Below are positions 59,931-64,000 of a stretch of 64,000 bases of DNA, piece by piece; the first letter of the stretch is position 1, and every line of letters starts with the position of its first letter. The stretch is from the NCBI GenBank assembly GCA_963826115.1, contig CAWGVS010000005.1:2061137-2125136 (forward strand). Reading direction: 5' to 3'. A model generated the notes under the pieces. That model made no database searches. It was given only the letters and a program-made list of their open reading frames with translations, and had not been told where the DNA came from. The stretch comes from an uncultured Candidatus Rokubacteria bacterium. GTDB lineage: Bacteria > Methylomirabilota > Methylomirabilia > Rokubacteriales > DASRDR01. The translations under genes were made by a program, and so were the position numbers.

Positions 59931-60881
59931 TCACCGCAAGAGGAACGATGATGAGACCGCCAGGAGCGCCAGGACGAAGGAGACGCTCAGAAGCTCCGGC
60001 ACCCGGAAGAGCCGGAGCTTGGCAACGCAGGTCTCGAACCCGGCAACGGTGACCGCGAGGGCCAGCAGCTTCAGCAGGAAGCTCCCGAGGGCCACCAGGA
60101 GCGCCTCCAGGGTCAGGGTGCGGGCCACGCCCCAGGGTACGAAGAGATTGCCCAGCAGGGCGAAGAAGACGAGCAGCTTCGTCGCCGCCGCCCATTCGAG
60201 CAAGGCCAGGTAGCGCCCCGAGTACTCGAGCAGCATGGCCTCGTGGATCATCGTGAGCTCGAGATGCGTGGCCGGGTTGTCCACCGGCAGCCGCCCGGTC
60301 TCCGCCAGGGTGACGATGAAGAGCGCGGCAAACGCCAGCAGGTGCCCCGGGCTCACGGCCCTCGCGGGATCCGCCAGCGTGCTCACGACGATCCGTCCCA
60401 GGTTCGTGGAGCCCGCGCTCAGCGCCAGGGCGAACACCGCCAAGGCGACGGTCGGCTCGGCGAGGGCGGCGACCGTCACCTCGCGGCTCGCGCCCATGCC
60501 TCCGAACGCCGAGCCGGGATCGAGGCCGGCCAGCGCCAGGAAGAACGTGCCCAGGAGAAGCAGGTACACGAGGACGACCAGGTCGCCCATCGCGTCGAAC
60601 GGAAGGGGCGCCGCCAGCACCGGCACCAGGGCCGTCATCGCGACCGTGCTGGCAAAGATGACGAATGGCGCGGCCCGGAAGAGCCAGGAGGCGTTCCGAG
60701 AGACCACGACCTCCTTCCCGAAGAGCTTCCGCAGATCGAGATACGGCTGCCAGAACGGCGCCCCGCGCCGGTTCTGCAGCCGTGCCTTCATCCAGCGAAT
60801 CAGCCCCACCAGCCCGGGAGCGAGGAAGAGCGCCAGGGACGTCTGCCCGACGGCGACCACGTAGCGCATCAGCTCGGCCAT
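59931..60881 (-). CDS. hyfC: Hydrogenase-4 component C / NuoH-like membrane subunit
   Basis: KARLQNRRG..FWQPY.DLRKL, FGGMGASRE, ETGRLPVD, ELTMIHEAM.LEYSG. Confidence 0.88.
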   Translation of the reverse strand: MAELMRYVVAVGQTSLALFLAPGLVGLIRWMKARLQNRRGAPFWQPYLDLRKLFGKEVVVSRNASWLFRAAPFVIFASTVAMTALVPVLAAPLPFDAMGDLVVLVYLLLLGTFFLALAGLDPGSAFGGMGASREVTVAALAEPTVALAVFALALSAGSTNLGRIVVSTLADPARAVSPGHLLAFAALFIVTLAETGRLPVDNPATHLELTMIHEAMLLEYSGRYLALLEWAAATKLLVFFALLGNLFVPWGVARTLTLEALLVALGSFLLKLLALAVTVAGFETCVAKLRLFRVPELLSVSFVLALLAVSSSFLLR

Positions 60882-62914
60882 CGGGACACCAGCAGGAGCA
60901 GGACGAGCGCGAGGATCATGTAGAGGAGGTAGAGGTGAAGCGATCCTGCCTGGAGCCACCGCACGCGGAAGGCCGTCCGGCGCAGGAACGACACGACGGG
61001 CGCGTAGAGGAGCCGCTCGATCCAGGGATGCACCTCGCTCCGGTACGCGATCGACTGGACGAAGTATCTCGATTCGGGGTGGAAGTCGATCGAGAGATCC
61101 TCGGTCGGGCGGTAGAGCTCGGCGAAGACCCGCCGGAGCGGCTCCGCGAACGCGGTCGCGGTGTACTCCATCCGGGGCGTCTGGCCGATGCGGCCGCAGC
61201 CCCAGGTGTCTCCCACACGGAGCCGCCGATCAGCAGCGCCGAGCCGGAACGCCACGCCCACGGCCACCGACACCAGCACGAGCCCGGCCGCCACGGCGGC
61301 GGGCGCGATCGCACCCGCGCTGCCGGGCATCTCGAGCGTCAGCCCGGGCATCTCGGTCGCGAGACCCGCGGGCAGCCCGCCGAGCCCGCCCACCGCCGAG
61401 GCCAGGAGCGGCACGATGAACGAGGGCAAGACTCCGAGGGCCAGGCAGGCGAGCGCGAGCACACCCATCCCGAGCTGCATGGCCAGGGGCACCTCTCGCG
61501 CCCCGGCGGCGTGGACGGTGCGGGGCATGGCGAGAAACGAGATGCCGAAGGCCTTCACGAAGCACGCGGCGGCCAATCCGCTGGTCAGGGCGAGCACCCC
61601 GACCGCGAGCGGCATGAGCACGGCCAGCTCCGCTCGAGGGAGCTGCGGTCCGCCCAGGAGCGCCTGGAACACCAGCCACTCGGAGATGAAGCCGTTCAGC
61701 GGCGGCAGCCCGGAGATGGCGACTGCACCGACGAGAAAGCAAAAGGCAGTCCGGGGCATCCCCTTGATGAGCCCGCCCAACTCCTCCATGTTGCGCGTGT
61801 GCGTTACGTGCAGCACCGCGCCCGAGCCGAGAAAGAGCAGCCCCTTGAAGCAGGCGTGGTTGAGGGCGTGATAGAGGCCGCCAACGAGCCCCAGCACCGC
61901 GAGGGCCGTGAGACCGTAGCTCTGGAACATCATGCCCGCGCCGATGCCAAGGCAGACGATCCCGACGTTTTCCACGGAGGAGTAGGCCAGGAGCCGCTTG
62001 AGGTCCTGCTCCATCAGCGCGTAGAGCACGCCCAGGAGCGCAGAAACGGCCCCCGCCGCCAGTATGGCCCCACCCCACCAGGGAGGGCCCCCGCCCAGCA
62101 GATCGAGGGCGACCCGCAGTAGCCCGTAAACGCCCATCTTGATCATGGCACCGGACATGAGCGCCGACACGTGGCTCGGGGCGGCCGGGTGCGCGAGCGG
62201 AAGCCACACGTGGAGCGGGACGAGGCCCGCCTTCGACCCGAATCCGAGGAGTGCGAGGAGGAACACGGCATTGCGCGCATTGGCAGGCAGCGCCGACGCG
62301 GCGGTACGGAGATCCGCAAATCCCGTCGACGGCGCGCTCGCCGCCATGATCAGGAACGCCGCCATCAGCAGGACCAGCCCTCCGTGGGCCATGGCCAGAT
62401 ACCAGAGGCCGGCCTGGCGGGTCTCCCGCTGATCGGACTCGGTCAGGACGAGGAAGTAGGAGGCGACCGACATCAGTTCCCAGAGGAACAGGAACGTGAT
62501 GACGTTGTCAGCAAGCGGGACGAGACTCAGGGCGAGCAGGAAGAGATTCAGCATGGCCCCGAGCTGGCGCAGGGAGTGCGTCCCCTCGTAGACGCGAGAA
62601 TAGGCCCCGCCAAAGAGCACGCTGGGGATGGCGACGACCTCCACCACCAGGAGGAAGAATGCGCCCAGGCGGTCGAGATGCAGGCTGACCCCGCCCGCCA
62701 TCGCGAGCAACTGAGGGATCTCGAGCCGAAATGGGGTACCCGAGATCAGCGTGTCGAGGCCCAACGCGAGTCCGGCGGCGCCGCTCACGATCGCCCCCGA
62801 CGTCGCGAGGACGCGGGCGCCCGCGCCTCTCGGGGCAAGGAGAGCGCCTCCAGCCCCGGCGACATGGCCAAGAACCATGGTCAGGAAGAGCGGCAGGGTC
62901 GGCGACATGCTCAT
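60869..62914 (-). CDS. hyfB: Hydrogenase-4 component B-like antiporter subunit
   Basis: FLWELMS, KAGLVPLHVWLP.AHP.APS, KRLLAYSS.EN, WGCG. Confidence 0.88.
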   Translation of the reverse strand: MSMSPTLPLFLTMVLGHVAGAGGALLAPRGAGARVLATSGAIVSGAAGLALGLDTLISGTPFRLEIPQLLAMAGGVSLHLDRLGAFFLLVVEVVAIPSVLFGGAYSRVYEGTHSLRQLGAMLNLFLLALSLVPLADNVITFLFLWELMSVASYFLVLTESDQRETRQAGLWYLAMAHGGLVLLMAAFLIMAASAPSTGFADLRTAASALPANARNAVFLLALLGFGSKAGLVPLHVWLPLAHPAAPSHVSALMSGAMIKMGVYGLLRVALDLLGGGPPWWGGAILAAGAVSALLGVLYALMEQDLKRLLAYSSVENVGIVCLGIGAGMMFQSYGLTALAVLGLVGGLYHALNHACFKGLLFLGSGAVLHVTHTRNMEELGGLIKGMPRTAFCFLVGAVAISGLPPLNGFISEWLVFQALLGGPQLPRAELAVLMPLAVGVLALTSGLAAACFVKAFGISFLAMPRTVHAAGAREVPLAMQLGMGVLALACLALGVLPSFIVPLLASAVGGLGGLPAGLATEMPGLTLEMPGSAGAIAPAAVAAGLVLVSVAVGVAFRLGAADRRLRVGDTWGCGRIGQTPRMEYTATAFAEPLRRVFAELYRPTEDLSIDFHPESRYFVQSIAYRSEVHPWIERLLYAPVVSFLRRTAFRVRWLQAGSLHLYLLYMILALVLLLLVSRWPS

Positions 62915-63438
62915 CGCCGCGAGGAACGGGTCGACAGGCGATCGAGCGCCGTCAGGATCCCCCGGAGGATGTCCGCCGGCTCGGGCGGGCACCCGGCCAC
63001 GAAGACATCCACGGGGACGATCTGGTCAACGCTGCCGGCGACGGCGTAGCTTCCCCGGAAGACGCCGCAGGTCTTGGCGCAGTCGCCCACCGCAACCACC
63101 AGCTTCGGGTCCGGCGTCGCCTCGTACGTCTTCCGGAGCGGCACCTCCATGTTTCGCGTGACCGGGCCGGTGACCAGCAGCAGGTCTGCGTGCCGGGGCG
63201 AAGCGACGAAGTGGACGCCGAAGCGCTCGACATCGTACACGGGACTCGTGAGACCGCTGATCTCGAGTTCGCAGCCGTTGCAGGATCCGGCATCGACCTG
63301 CCGAATCGCGAGGGCGCGGCCGAGCAGGCGCCGCGTACTCGCCTCCACCTGCCGCACCAGCTCGACGGTGGTCGCGTCGCCGGGCTCGAGCGGCTCGGTG
63401 GCGAGGCCGATCTTCAGGATCTTCGCGAGAAGAGACAC
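62911..63438 (-). CDS. NuoB/HyfI-like Fe-S small subunit
   Basis: DAGSCNGCELE, SPRHAD, AVGDC, GCPP. Confidence 0.9.
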   Translation of the reverse strand: MSLLAKILKIGLATEPLEPGDATTVELVRQVEASTRRLLGRALAIRQVDAGSCNGCELEISGLTSPVYDVERFGVHFVASPRHADLLLVTGPVTRNMEVPLRKTYEATPDPKLVVAVGDCAKTCGVFRGSYAVAGSVDQIVPVDVFVAGCPPEPADILRGILTALDRLSTRSSRR

Positions 63439-63439
63439 G

Positions 63440-63793
63440 TCAGCCGCGGCGGTGCTCGCGCTCGAGCTCGCGGAGCATGTGCTGCGTTCCGGTGAGCTGG
63501 CTGCTGAAGATCCGGCGCGCGACCTGGAGGAGGTCGCCGACCAGAGGATCGCGCAGGGCGTACCGAACCGTGGTGCCTTGCTTTCGCGCCGTCACCACGT
63601 GGTTCATGCGCAACACCGCCAGGTGCTGGGAGACGCTCGACTGGTCCAGCGTCAGGACGGTCTGGAGCTCCTGCACGGTTCGATCGCGCTCCACCAGCAG
63701 CTCGACGAGCCGGATCCGGATCGGGTGAGCGAGCGCCTTGAAGAACCGCGCCTTGAACGCCTGCAGCTCGCCGGTTGCCTGGGTAGCGTCCAC
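63440..63793 (-). CDS. ArsR/SmtB family transcriptional regulator
   Basis: FKALAHPIRIRL, SVSQHLAVLR. GTG start at 63793 is preferred because the ATG at 63814 lies inside the promoter. Confidence 0.88.
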   Translation of the reverse strand: MDATQATGELQAFKARFFKALAHPIRIRLVELLVERDRTVQELQTVLTLDQSSVSQHLAVLRMNHVVTARKQGTTVRYALRDPLVGDLLQVARRIFSSQLTGTQHMLRELEREHRRG

Positions 63794-63801
63794 GGAGCAT
63801 G

Positions 63802-63833
63802 ATTGTATTGTCATAGTCTAATATGTCAACATA
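63802..63833 (-). promoter_or_regulatory. Sigma70 promoter TTGACA-N16-TACAAT with overlapping near-palindrome TATGTCAACATA (candidate ArsR operator)
   Basis: -35 at 63829-63824, -10 at 63807-63802; palindrome 63822-63833 covers the -35. Confidence 0.65.
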
Positions 63834-64000
63834 ATGCTGCATAGGGAGTGGGGGACGTGACGACTTGGCGGCAAATGTGGCCCGTCGCCCCGGACCAGGG
63901 ATGGCCGTCCGCCATGCCGGGGCATGGACTGGTGCCATCGCGCAGCGCGAGCGGCGCGAGGGACCCCTTGACTCATCGGATCCGCTGACCCCGAGAGCCG

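Noticed and set aside
56238-63438. Functional [NiFe] hydrogenase-4 / formate hydrogenlyase
   Set aside because: Large subunit lacks the Ni-ligating CxxC motifs; no fdh or hyp genes nearby

Overview
A 64-kb stretch of high-GC bacterial chromosome. The gene content and style resemble a soil Rokubacteria/Methylomirabilota-type genome, but that taxonomy is inference only. Many single-base indels split otherwise intact genes, which points to an under-polished long-read assembly. Contents in order: a Gfo/Idh/MocA oxidoreductase; thiolase + DUF35 + type III PKS + methyltransferase + FAD oxidoreductase; a GH57/DUF3536 hydrolase; an RRM protein; five ABC importer sets (branched-chain, two peptide-type, sugar-type, PotABCD-like); two MetE catalytic-domain-only proteins and a MetF fusion; an enolase-family/RraA-like catabolic block; a DMFase-like amidase; an orphan E1-alpha and a 3-mercaptopyruvate sulfurtransferase; an ECF sigma/anti-sigma module; a GT-C/discoidin membrane protein; and an ArsR-led Hyf-like complex lacking the NiFe cysteines (Ehr). 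The main signals missed by the ORF track are two genes with an in-frame TGA exactly at a catalytic Cys position, each followed by a SECIS-like hairpin. One is a YVTN beta-propeller fused to a W-U-G-P-C redoxin (11332-12705). The other is a MerB-like lyase (41981-42655), translationally coupled to an ECF sigma/ZAS anti-sigma pair; twin GTAAC-N17-CGTA promoter motifs point at this operon and at a divergent desaturase/methyltransferase operon. No rRNA, tRNA, CRISPR or transposase was recognised.
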